A stretch of 64,000 nucleotides of DNA from Gammaproteobacteria bacterium (GTDB lineage Bacteria > Pseudomonadota > Gammaproteobacteria > GCA-001735895): positions 151 to 64,150 of the forward strand of contig JBDNJA010000210.1 of the NCBI GenBank assembly GCA_041688005.1, read 5' to 3'. The number at the start of each line of letters is the position of its first letter. Positions within the stretch are counted from its first letter, which is position 1. The notes below the pieces were generated by a model that worked only from the letters and a program-made list of their open reading frames with translations, was not told the origin of the DNA and did no database searches. The position numbers and the translations under genes were made by a program. Of this stretch, positions 52,545-62,216 are shown in pieces.

Positions 52545-53056
52545 TCATTTTCCTGTTCTCTATTTTGTCATTTCCCCTGATTTGGGCGGGCACTGTATTT
52601 TCTTTTCAGGACAGAGGGTCTGCCCCCGGTTGGTGCGCCCAGCCTTTCGGGTGGTATGCCTCAGCTATTTATAAGCTAACTCGAACTCGTTTGCTCATCA
52701 GCACCAATCTCTAGCATGTCGTCATCAAAATATTGGTGGGGAGGAACAATCAAATTAGACGGTGCCGGAACTCTGCCCACCCTTCTGGATCATAGTTCAG
52801 CACGCAACCTAAATGGATGGTGATGCCTACTACAACAAACAGCTCCTCATCAAACGCACAGAGTCAGTTTACGCAGGGGCACTATGTCCGTCTGTACGAC
52901 AGCGCACATGCGCAATCCCAGTGCCGACTAAAACCAAAGCAGGACGATCCCGATGACGAGAACAGCGGCGACGCCGATTGTGATTATTTTCTTCATAAAT
53001 AGTGCCTAAGATGACACGAGAGGTATGGCGTCTATGTTCGCCAGTCCAATAAGGTT

Positions 53057-53378
53057 TCAGTGTCCTGTACCTGTTGGCGGAGTTTGTATTTCGTGATAAC
53101 CACTCCAACACCAGTCTTGAGGATAAGAAACAACACCAGCGCGTAACTTATTTAAATCAATGTAAACTATCCAACGCGCTAGATATTCATCTGTATCAAT
53201 AGCGGTTGCATGTTAGGGATCTTCCCAAAATACACCTTTGCGTTTTTTTGCTTGAAAGAGCCAGTAGCGCCAACGTTTTCTATCTTTTGAAAACTGGAGT
53301 AGAAGCTCTTTTTTATGACAACGATGTGTAATCTGCCAGATATGGTCTGACAAAAAATTACCAATTTGCCCGAGGCAT
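53057..53378 (-). pseudogene. Remnant of a Y1 (COG1943, IS200-like fold) transposase with frameshift and large internal deletion
   Basis: It reads MPRANW(fs)..GNFLSDHIWQITHRCHKKELLLQFSKDRKRWRYWLFQAKKRKG, then jumps to ..DEYLARWIVYIDLNKLRAGVVSYPQDWCWSGYHEIQ. The HUH core is missing. Confidence 0.65.
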
Positions 53379-53531
53379 AGTGCTTTTTCCTTAAAGCGTC
53401 GATTTTGTCCTTTAAAATGATATTTAAGCCTGTTTACAGGCCATATACTAGACGTTTATGTATGCTATTCAGGGGGTTGAGTAGGCCTGTCATAACCACC
53501 AAGATTTCTAATGGGCGACCCCGTCATAACC

Positions 53532-53842
53532 ATGGTAAAATTATGTGATGCCGTTTGTAGGCTCCCCGCTCGCTACAAAAAGCCTATAAGCCAGTTGTTT
53601 GTTTAGCTGGACATGAATCTGTTGTGGTGCATGAACGACAAATGTTGGTCAGTTTTTGTTACTGGTGCCGAGGTAATAACCGATCGGTTTCTTTTTTGAC
53701 AACGGCATAACACTCACAACAAATCTCTTCTAGTTTTGGGCGATCAAGAACTTTGATATGTCCTCGGGAATAATCGATGACGTCGAGTTGTTGAAGCTTA
53801 CCGGCAGCTTCGGTGACTCCCTCACGGCGAACGCCCAACATG
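53532..53842. repeat. Direct repeat copy B of 49351-49661
   Basis: See copy A. It covers the 3' 184 bp of the intact Crp-like gene plus 127 bp downstream. Confidence 0.9.
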
Positions 53843-54372
53843 TTAGCAATTAGTTCCTGAGTCATGTAAAGATGTTCGTCTTCTAAGCGGTCTAATGACA
53901 GTAATAGCCAGCGACACAATTGTTGATCAATCGAATGATGTCTATTACACACGGCCGTCTGTGACATCTGCGTAATCAGCGATTGCGTGTAACGCAGCAT
54001 CAACGTCATTATTTCACCATTAAGATTGAATTCCTCCTTAAATGGATTGCTCTTCATTTGATAGGCATGACCTGCACTTTGGACAATGGCCCTACTGGGA
54101 GTACTCTCACCTCCCATAAACAGTGCTATACCAACCATGCCTTCATTACCTACCACCGAAATCTCTGCCGATGCGCCATCTTCCATAACATAAAGGAGTG
54201 ACACGATAGAATCTATTGGAAAGTAGACGTGTTGCATCACATCACCAGGTTCGTACAAGACTTTACCCAGCGGCAGTGATACCAGTTTAAGATGAGAAAA
54301 CACTCTTTCTTGATTATCCACAGATAATGATGCTAAAAGATGATTTTTTTGAGGTTTAAAAATAGTAGACAC
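53659..54372 (-). CDS. Crp/Fnr-family transcriptional regulator
   Basis: 237 aa with the same subfamily features as 36612..37304 (HTH MTQELIANMLGVRREGVTEAAGKL; C-terminal CCECY). Confidence 0.85.
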   Translation of the reverse strand: MSTIFKPQKNHLLASLSVDNQERVFSHLKLVSLPLGKVLYEPGDVMQHVYFPIDSIVSLLYVMEDGASAEISVVGNEGMVGIALFMGGESTPSRAIVQSAGHAYQMKSNPFKEEFNLNGEIMTLMLRYTQSLITQMSQTAVCNRHHSIDQQLCRWLLLSLDRLEDEHLYMTQELIANMLGVRREGVTEAAGKLQQLDVIDYSRGHIKVLDRPKLEEICCECYAVVKKETDRLLPRHQ

Positions 54373-55061
54373 GATCGTTCCAATAATAATGTGATAGAAA
54401 CATCAAAATGTTGAAGAGAGAAATTCAGCTGAATGGTAGTACAATTATGCTTCTAGAATCTAATATAACATAAACGCAGCATCTTATGTGCGGTTTCGTA
54501 CGAATATAAAATTTATTTGCGCCTTAAACCTTCTTGCTGGTGATTTTAGGGAATAGGACGAGAATTCTCTATGAATTGACTTTTACTCATCTGAGAAAAA
54601 AACATTTATTGTTTTTAAGTGAAATATTTGTGTTTAGTTGCAGTAAATAAATTTTTTGGTATCAGCTTAAACAATAAATTGCGTAAAATTATTGATAATA
54701 CCTAACTTGGATCCATGTGAATGTAGACATGTGTATTTAAATTTACACAAACAAAACTAAATCTATGTGCAATAGCGTACAGACGGCCCCCTTCCTTTTT
54801 GAAAAAATCCATGAGAATTTTTTATAATTATTCTCATCTTTTATGAACACTTGTACTGACAGTTTATTAAAAATAAAGGTCAACTTTTGATATTTATTTA
54901 AGCGTGTATTAGCCCGTCTATGGTTTATTTTATATCGATAGGAAGGTGCAACTAATTTATAAGATGAAGCAGTACCCAAAATATTTACTTGAAGCACTTA
55001 AAGCAATGAGTAGGTGATTAAGATCGATTTGAATCACATAAGCAATTAGTAGGAGAGTTAA

Positions 55062-55997
55062 ATGAAAGCCGTCAGAATTCACCAATATGGCAACTCACAA
55101 GTTTTAGCATTTGAAGATGCACCAATGCCAAGTATCACAGCAGAAGATGTTCTCATTCGTGTAGTTGCCACATCCGTTAATCCGGTAGATTGGAAAATTA
55201 GAGAAGGCTATTTAAAGGATATGATTCCTTATGAAATGCCACTCACTTTAGGTTGGGATGTCTCCGGTGTGATTGAAGCCATTGGTGTAGATGTCACTCG
55301 TTTTAAAGTGGGTGACGCTGTCTACTCCAGACCAGATATCACGCGCAATGGTACTTACGCGGAATTCGTAGCGGTTCGAGAGAGTGAAGTCGCCTACAAG
55401 CCGCAAACAATTTCTCACGCTGAAGCAGCCTCTTTACCCTTAGCGGGCATAACCGCTTGGGAAGTACTCATTGCTACAGCACAGATAAGCGCTGGGCAGC
55501 GTGTGTTGATTCATGCTGGTTCTGGTGGTGTAGGGTCGCTGGCAATTCAACTTGCCAAGTCACGCGGAGCATATGTTGTGGCAACCACGTCAGAAAAAAA
55601 CCAAGTGTTCGTTGAATCGTTAGGAGCGGATGAAGTAATCGACTATCAGAGGCAAAATTTTTCAGAAACGTTAAAAGATATTGATGTTGTTTTCGATACG
55701 CTTGGTGGCGATATTCAGGATGCATCTTGGAGGGTTTTAAAACCAGGCGGGATTCTGATTTCAATAGTTAGTCCCCCATCCGAAGATAAAGCCAAGGAAT
55801 TTAATGCTCGAAGCGCGTTCGTTTTTATCCAACCCAGCGCTTACATACTTGAACAATATGCCAAACTTATTAAGCAAGAAAAAATACGTCCTATTGTCGG
55901 CGCCGAATTCGACTTAAAGGATATCAAAGAAGCACACGCACTCAGCGAGTCTGGACGTGCGGTAGGTAAAATTGTTTTGTCTGTGGAGCAACTCTAA
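55062..55997 (+). CDS. NADPH:quinone oxidoreductase-like MDR family oxidoreductase
   Basis: 311 aa with VNP.DWK.R.G and the Rossmann motif IHAGSGGVGSLAIQLAK. Confidence 0.88.
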   Translation: MKAVRIHQYGNSQVLAFEDAPMPSITAEDVLIRVVATSVNPVDWKIREGYLKDMIPYEMPLTLGWDVSGVIEAIGVDVTRFKVGDAVYSRPDITRNGTYAEFVAVRESEVAYKPQTISHAEAASLPLAGITAWEVLIATAQISAGQRVLIHAGSGGVGSLAIQLAKSRGAYVVATTSEKNQVFVESLGADEVIDYQRQNFSETLKDIDVVFDTLGGDIQDASWRVLKPGGILISIVSPPSEDKAKEFNARSAFVFIQPSAYILEQYAKLIKQEKIRPIVGAEFDLKDIKEAHALSESGRAVGKIVLSVEQL

Positions 55998-56068
55998 CAA
56001 TCCATTTTGGTAGACTAATTTCAGCTGTCGACTAACTCAAACTTTCACTTATCTTCAAAGGAAATACT

Positions 56069-56563
56069 ATGAGCACCTATCCAAGAACGTTTTCACATAT
56101 TGGGATTTCTGTTCCTAATGTAGAGAAAGCGGCCAAGTTTTACAGCGATGTGATGGGCTGGTATCACATAATGGAGCCAACTGTTATTACCGAAGAGTCA
56201 GATACACCTATCGGTCAAATGTGTATTGATGTATTTGGACCTGGTTGGGGCTCCTTCAAGATCGCTCATATGTCTACAGGAAATAAAATTGGTGTTGAAA
56301 TGTTTGAGTTTAAAAACAACGAAACTCCAACGGATTTTGAATACTGGAAAACAAGCACGTTTCATTTTTGTGTGCAGGACCCAGATATCGAAGGACTTGT
56401 AGCAAAAATTGTAGCTCACGGCGGCAAACAAAGAATGCCGATACGTGAATACTATCCAGGAGAAAAACCCTACAGAATGTGTTACGTGGAAGATCCGTTT
56501 GGCCTTATCTTTGAAATTTATTCACATAGTTATGAGTTAACTTATTCACAAGGTGCTTATTGA
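56069..56563 (+). CDS. VOC (glyoxalase/bleomycin-resistance/dioxygenase) family protein
   Basis: 164 aa with FSHIGISVPNVEKAAKFYSDVMGW. Confidence 0.75.
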   Translation: MSTYPRTFSHIGISVPNVEKAAKFYSDVMGWYHIMEPTVITEESDTPIGQMCIDVFGPGWGSFKIAHMSTGNKIGVEMFEFKNNETPTDFEYWKTSTFHFCVQDPDIEGLVAKIVAHGGKQRMPIREYYPGEKPYRMCYVEDPFGLIFEIYSHSYELTYSQGAY

Positions 56564-56704
56564 AAGTTTACAAGTCGTTCTATCAACTGCTTTCAGCGAC
56601 TCATTGACTTGGCGTTAGTTTTTAAAATACAAAAGGCGCAAGTTTTAGTAAGACACTAAAGATTTTTAATATGAATTTTAACATTTAGTTATTTAGAGGT
56701 TTAG

Positions 56705-57001
56705 ATGATAGAAAGTTGCAGTCAAAGTGTTGTAGATACTTCACTGAAAGAGCTCAATAAAAAATCTGAGAATTTATGGAGTATCAAGGAAGGAAAATTA
56801 TACCGAGAGTTTAAATTTCCTGATTTTATTTTAGCTTTTGGTTTTATGGTCAAAGTAGCAATAGTTGCAGAGAAGGCGAATCATCATCCTGAATGGTCCA
56901 ATGTATATAATAGCGTGGTTATAAATTTAACAACGCATGAGGTCGATGGTATATCGAACAAAGATTTTGATTTAGCAAAGCAAATATCAAAATTAATTTA
57001 A
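56705..57001 (+). CDS. phhB: Pterin-4-alpha-carbinolamine dehydratase
   Basis: 98 aa with [24 protein letters not shown]. Confidence 0.88.
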   Translation: MIESCSQSVVDTSLKELNKKSENLWSIKEGKLYREFKFPDFILAFGFMVKVAIVAEKANHHPEWSNVYNSVVINLTTHEVDGISNKDFDLAKQISKLI

Positions 57002-57133
57002 AAGTCGTTCTAGTTGGAGTTGCTCGTCCATATACTTCGCAATTTCGTGCTGTAGAGTAGGGATGGGAGATATCATTATGCTGAGCCTGTTGCTTGCCCA
57101 CACCCAATTTCCCCCTGTGTCAGAATAGAAACC

Positions 57134-58378
57134 ATGCACGTATTGTTCAAAACGTATACAGAGTCGTCTCTGGTACTCCGTATCACCCTTGCATTGATAT
57201 TGGGTATCGTCGTAGGGTTATTTGCTGGGCAATCGGTTGTTGACTGGTTTGCTCCCCTGGGTGAACTTCTACTGAGACTGCTGAAATTCCTGATCGTCCC
57301 CATTGTGCTGTTTACCCTGATTGTGGGCGTCAACCAGGGAGATGCCGGTGGGGTTGGGCGTCTGGGCAGAAAAACCATTGCCTGGTATCTGCTGACGACA
57401 GCCATTGCCATGATTGTGGGTATTGCCGTAGCGTCAGTGCTGTCTCCTGGCACCGGCATGCAGATTGATAGCGAGGCCATGATAGATGTGACGAATCAGG
57501 CCAGTATCGTTCAAGTCATTCTCAGTATCGTTCCGGATAATCTGTTTACAGCCTTTACCCAGATGAACATGCTTGGCATCATATTTACGGCCCTGACCTT
57601 TGGTCTCGCACTGCTAAAACTGCGCGAATCCCCGGTTCATGGCGATGCCGCCAGACAGGTACTTAGGGTTGTCGAGGGGCTCAACGAAGCTACCATGATG
57701 ATCATGCGCGGCGTGCTGCACTACTTGCCTATCGGAATATTCGCTATCGTGGCCGGTACCGTTGCAGAGCAGGGGACCGCCACCATTACATCATTGGCAG
57801 GCTTGGTACTGGTGCTGTATATCGCCTTGTTCGTGCACGCCGGTCTCTATGGCGTCGCTATGCTGGTATCGGGCGTCAAAATCGGCAATTTTATTCGACA
57901 CGCGCGGACACCCGTTGTTACAGCCTTCACCACTCAGAGTAGTTCCGGTACATTGCCAATCACCATGAATGCTGCCGGCAACATGGGACTCTCTCACCAG
58001 GTCTATAGCTTCATTCTGCCTCTGGGGTCTACGATCAACATGGATGGGGCGGCAATCAGGATAGCGATATCGGCCGTCTTTGCAGCCAACGTGATCGGTG
58101 TACCGCTGGATCTGATGCAGATGGTACAAATCGTAATCGTCGGAACTCTGGCAACGATAGGTACGGCAGGTGTGCCAGGGGCCGGGATCATCATGATCGC
58201 TACCGTATTCGCTCAAGTCGGTTTGCCGATGGAGGCGGTTGCCCTGCTCACAGCGATTGATGCACTGGTTGGCATGGGCGCTACCGCATTGAATGTAACT
58301 GGTGACCTGGTGGGAACCGCCATCATCAGTCGCAGTGAAAAAGGTGAAACAGGAATAAATAGGACAATCAAATATTAG
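57134..58378 (+). CDS. Dicarboxylate/amino acid:cation symporter (DAACS family)
   Basis: 414 aa with SSSGTLP and NMDG motifs. Confidence 0.9.
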   Translation: MHVLFKTYTESSLVLRITLALILGIVVGLFAGQSVVDWFAPLGELLLRLLKFLIVPIVLFTLIVGVNQGDAGGVGRLGRKTIAWYLLTTAIAMIVGIAVASVLSPGTGMQIDSEAMIDVTNQASIVQVILSIVPDNLFTAFTQMNMLGIIFTALTFGLALLKLRESPVHGDAARQVLRVVEGLNEATMMIMRGVLHYLPIGIFAIVAGTVAEQGTATITSLAGLVLVLYIALFVHAGLYGVAMLVSGVKIGNFIRHARTPVVTAFTTQSSSGTLPITMNAAGNMGLSHQVYSFILPLGSTINMDGAAIRIAISAVFAANVIGVPLDLMQMVQIVIVGTLATIGTAGVPGAGIIMIATVFAQVGLPMEAVALLTAIDALVGMGATALNVTGDLVGTAIISRSEKGETGINRTIKY

Positions 58379-58813
58379 GAAGTCCAAAATTGGCCCAAAT
58401 GCTACAACTTCTTTAAAGAAAAGTCGGACTAGGTAAAAAGATGAATGGATTGAAACAGAACTGGTCATTTTTAGTTACTCTGTGGGATTTTAGCCAAACT
58501 CAGGACATAGCAATCCAATAGCTGATTATTCCGCCAGGTTATTGTTAGCCCTATTTTGCTTTACGGAGTTCTGTTAGGTAGAAAAAGCTTCTCACAAGCT
58601 CGGATGCCATGCACCCACTGTTTCCCAAGTTGGTGACAGGCTTATTTTATGTGACACGACGTACCGACTAGCGACTTTAGGTCACCTCTTAAAATGTACT
58701 TTTTCCGCGATTGCGGCGGCAGCTCCGTGCTCGAACCCTCATTTACTAAAATACACTCCGGTTCTTCGCGCGGTGCTTTCTCGCTTAGAAGCGCCTACTC
58801 TTGGTGCACTTAT

Positions 58814-58894
58814 TGCCATGGATGGCATGTATGTTTGTTTTGCATCGTTACATGGATGTAACCAATTAGAACAATGCCGGAGCTATTGTCGAGG
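58814..58894. repeat. REP-like hairpin elements (two hairpins; the second plus its tail is homologous to the 26940-27035 units)
   Basis: TGCCAT-gg-ATGGCA lies at 58814-58827 and GTTACAT-gg-ATGTAAC at 58847-58862. Positions 58850-58894 align without gaps to the reverse complement of the 48-bp unit (35/45 identical by my count). Confidence 0.7.
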
Positions 58895-59385
58895 GGCAAA
58901 AAAATAGCCTACGAAAAAATCACTATTTATAGAGACGCCCTTGAGCTGACTTTCAAAGTTTTGACTCAGATAACACCAGTGTTTTGAGTCGATGTTCAAT
59001 TGTTGGAGGATTTGCGGCGTGCTTTCAAGTATTGCACCGCGCTTATCATCTCGTAATATTCTGCCGATCCAATCGACCAGCTCTAGGTAATCGGTGAGTC
59101 GAAACGGTAGGCCGTTGGGTATGTTGGCCCTAGGGTTACCAGCAAATGGATGTAGCCCTTAACATGTTGGCGAGGGTGACTGGGTCGAGTGGCCTTTTCG
59201 GTCTGTGCACAACGTCGTTTGATACTGGTATGATCTGAGTTGGTCAGGCTATCCGCTAGTCCGGCTCTAATCGGGTTCAAATCGACATAAGCGGCACAGG
59301 CCGCTAGTGCTTTTTCAAACAGGGATATTTGCTTAATAATTGAGGAGCGTCCATATATCTCTATAAGTGTTATTCATGGTTTCAC
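58883..59385 (-). pseudogene. C-terminal remnant of a second type of COG1943/Y1-transposase-like gene
   Basis: ..GRSSIIKQISLFEKALAACAAYVDLNPIRAGLADSLTNSDHTSIKRR.. (includes track ORF 59083..59280), then a frameshift to DYLELVDWIGRILRDDKRGAILESTPQILQQLNIDSKHW... The N-terminal catalytic half is absent. Confidence 0.6.
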
Positions 59386-59737
59386 CTGAACTCCATTTAG
59401 CTTTTTTAAATTTAAGCCTATTATCTGATTAACCTAGCTTTTTATTGACGTGATAAATCCGAGCTATAGTATGGCAATACTCGAATAAATTAGGTCGTAT
59501 ATTTCGGACGTTAACACCGTGTTTTTCGAATACAAATGGGATGGCGCATCTGACATCAAACTTCATTGGCGTCCAGAATACCCTCCAAAAAAATTCGGAC
59601 TTCCAAGCGATACGGCATCGGTAAACCCGAGCCATTTAATTCAGTTATTGGTCAATTTGACCATAATACTGGCTCAAAGATAATCATGAGCGACGCTATC
59701 AAAAACCTTTTAAATAATACTGACTGACTCGATCAAC

Positions 59738-60577
59738 ATGAATCAACACTCTGAAACACTTAAAGAACGCCTTTTTCTAGTCATTTTTGGCACTAACACA
59801 CCCGCTGGAAAACGTTTTGATTTATTACTTATCGTTGCCATATTAGTGAGTGTTTCAGCAATATTTTTAGACTCTATTAAAATCATTCATGATCAATATT
59901 CGAATGCGCTGTTAATCATTGAATGGTTTTTCACCCTGATATTTACAGTCGAATATCTATTGCGTTTATACTGTTCCCCTAACCCCAAAGCCTATTACAG
60001 GAGTTTCTATGGCATAGTTGACCTACTAGCCATTCTACCTTCCTATATCGCCCTATTCATACCGGGCGCTAATTTATTACTCATTATTCGTTTATTAAGA
60101 GTCTTGCGCATTTTTAGAATTTTAAAATTACTGCAATATACCGGTGAAGCTAACGCGCTATGGCGCTCATTACTGATGGCAAAACGCAAGGTACTGATTT
60201 TCATATTTTCGGTGCTCATTGTAGTCACCATTTTTGGCTCGCTAATGTATATCATTGAAGGTCCAGAATATGGGTTCACGAGTATACCTCGCAGTATTTA
60301 TTGGGCAATTGTTACCGTAACGACGGTCGGTTATGGCGACGTTACGCCGCACACAATTTTAGGACAAGGGATTGCCGCATTAGCCATGCTAACCGGTTAT
60401 ACGATTATTGCTGTGCCTACCGGCATTATTAGTGCAGAACTTATTTCTGAAATGCAGCGCGAGCGCAAAGCGATTCGCTGTAGCAACTGCGAACAATCTG
60501 GACATGATAAAGACGCTATCCATTGTAAATACTGCGGCACCCTGTTGCCGTCTACAAATCAACAAGAGAAAGCGTGA
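59738..60577 (+). CDS. Voltage-gated-type (6TM) potassium channel with C-terminal zinc-ribbon tail
   Basis: 279 aa with the S4 segment RLLRVLRIFRILKLLQY, pore TTVGYGD, and C-terminal CSNC-x13-CKYC. Confidence 0.88.
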   Translation: MNQHSETLKERLFLVIFGTNTPAGKRFDLLLIVAILVSVSAIFLDSIKIIHDQYSNALLIIEWFFTLIFTVEYLLRLYCSPNPKAYYRSFYGIVDLLAILPSYIALFIPGANLLLIIRLLRVLRIFRILKLLQYTGEANALWRSLLMAKRKVLIFIFSVLIVVTIFGSLMYIIEGPEYGFTSIPRSIYWAIVTVTTVGYGDVTPHTILGQGIAALAMLTGYTIIAVPTGIISAELISEMQRERKAIRCSNCEQSGHDKDAIHCKYCGTLLPSTNQQEKA

Positions 60578-61099
60578 TCAATACGTCATGATTAATACAC
60601 TTTGAATACCGGTAACAGGACATGTTTTTAAAGCATCTCAGATGCGCTTGATTAAGGGAGAGCATTAAATGCGCACCAGCGCTTGACCAGATATAATTTT
60701 CCGCTTTCTTCACCATTTTTGCCCTAACCGGGTTCCTTTCGACGTATCGAATTGCAGCCCATCGATAATGCTCATCTAGCGCTGAGGAAAAATAGCGGAC
60801 TTGCCAGACAAGTCCCTTCCATCGCGTTGTCGATTAAACCGCTGTGCAAATCGCATATGAAGTGGTTTGAGTATTGACTGTAATCCAGCCTCAGTTTTTA
60901 GCAGGGCAATAATGTGAATATGGTTGGTCATCAGGTAGTCAGCTAAAATTTCAACTTTGTGCTGCTTACAATATTCTTTCAGCCATCGCAGGTAGACCTT
61001 CCTATCTTCGTCTGTAAAGAAGACGTCTTCTCTACGATTACCTCTTTGTGTTATGTGGTGAGGCACTCCTGCAAATACGGCTTTGGCTTGTCTTGGCAT
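60552..61099 (-). pseudogene. REP-associated tyrosine transposase (RayT-like), frameshifted
   Basis: Track ORF 60776..61099 reads MPRQAKAVFAGVPHHITQRGNRREDVFF...YLMTNHIHIIAL (HUH motif). The C-terminal half (WKGLVWQVRYFSSALDEHYRWAAIRYVERNPVRAKMVKKAENYIWSSAGAHL) is in another frame from about 60820-60850. Confidence 0.75.
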
Positions 61100-61122
61100 T
61101 GGTCTATTTTTGTGGGGTTTAC

Positions 61123-61150
61123 CATAGAATGATAGCGTCGCTATTCTATG
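61123..61150. repeat. Interrupted palindrome immediately upstream of the rayT-like gene
   Basis: CATAGA-atg-ATAGCG-t-CGCTAT-TCTATG lies 24 nt from the start codon. Confidence 0.6.
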
Positions 61151-61630
61151 ACCTTTAGTTGAAAGTTATCAAAAGCTTGTGCGAACGGAGGCCGAATTTT
61201 ACAGGCATTACAGTAAATAACTGGGAAAAGGATAGTTCTGGACTGGATTTCGAAGATTGATATTGGCGGATAAACCTTTTATACTTCTTATACTTTCAGT
61301 GGCTTGATGTATTCTATATTGTTGCGACGGCTAATTATTACCCAAATGGCAGAACAGTCGTTTGGGTAGTTTTGCCGCCCAGTGCCATTGGTTTTTTAAC
61401 GCCCAACAGCCTAAGTTGGCATATTCATTAGGGCAATTATTGCGATTATTAGGGCGCTTACGAAAACAGTCGGTAAACTATGCATGGGTGGCCGAAAACG
61501 ACTATGTGCGACGTTTAAAGCATCACCAGCCCACCCAATTATTCATGTCCAAAACCATCGCCAAAGAATCATTTTGTGCCACTAACCCAGCTGGACTATA
61601 ACTTGGCTAGCGCCAACAAAGGAAAACACT

Positions 61631-62146
61631 ATGACCAATAAATCCATGCTACTGATAGCCACTGTGTTAATGCTGGTTAGTATTAATAATACGCAAGCAC
61701 AAACAGTTGACCCCAATATAGCAAACGATACGCCGGATAGCCGTTATACCGTGCATGGTAATGGAACGGTAACCGACACTATAACAGGGTTAATATGGCA
61801 GCAGTGCAGTATGGGGCAAACCGGCAGCGAGTGCAGTGTTGGCAGTGCCACAATACATACTTGGGACACGGCCTTGCAGTTAGCGGACGCAGATAACGCC
61901 GCTGGCTATAGCGACTGGCGCTTACCGAATAAAGCTGAATTACAGTCTTTAGTGGCTTACGACCGTTATAACCCCAGTATTAATACCGTTGTTTTTCCTA
62001 ATACAGCATCTGCCAATTATTGGTCGTCCTCTCCCTATGCTGTCTATGGCAGCATTTCGTGGGTGGTCGGTTTCTACGATGGCTATGACGGCAACTACAA
62101 CCGTGACTACAACTATCATGTTCGGTTAGTGCGTAGCGGACAGTAG
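61631..62146 (+). CDS. DUF1566 (Lcl C-terminal domain) secreted protein
   Basis: 171 aa with a signal peptide, then TGLIWQQC....W..A........GYSDWRLPNKAELQSL. Confidence 0.8.
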   Translation: MTNKSMLLIATVLMLVSINNTQAQTVDPNIANDTPDSRYTVHGNGTVTDTITGLIWQQCSMGQTGSECSVGSATIHTWDTALQLADADNAAGYSDWRLPNKAELQSLVAYDRYNPSINTVVFPNTASANYWSSSPYAVYGSISWVVGFYDGYDGNYNRDYNYHVRLVRSGQ

Positions 62147-62216
62147 TTTTTATTTTTTATTTCTTTTAGAAATGATCTGTATTCAACGCCGGAAGGTGTC
62201 AATCTCGCTTATTTAG

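Noticed and set aside
53585-53700. 28-codon + strand ORF (MNLLWCMNDKCW..) conserved in both 311-bp repeat copies
   Set aside because: Its conservation is explained by the duplication itself, and it overlaps the Crp gene 3' end antisense. There is no independent support.
56572-57012. Shared 11-mer AAGTCGTTCTA just after the stops of two consecutive small genes (56572 and 57002): integron-cassette attC-like sites?
   Set aside because: No RYYYAAC...GTTRRRY core sites or attC-like imperfect palindromes are present. Exact 11-mer recurrences are expected hundreds of times by chance among all position pairs in 64 kb.
57791-58468. 225-aa minus-strand ORF
   Set aside because: It is antisense to the DAACS symporter, which has clear family motifs. 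It is a shadow ORF.
59429-59635. 68-aa minus-strand ORF as an IS200/IS605 TnpA C-terminal fragment
   Set aside because: Only vague resemblance (FFW..FWTP.., ..KHG..VRNI) spread over frames. This is insufficient to call.
61362-61601. 79-aa + strand ORF (TTG start) upstream of the DUF1566 gene
   Set aside because: It has no RBS and no motif. An ATG 15 nt upstream is out of frame. It may be non-coding.
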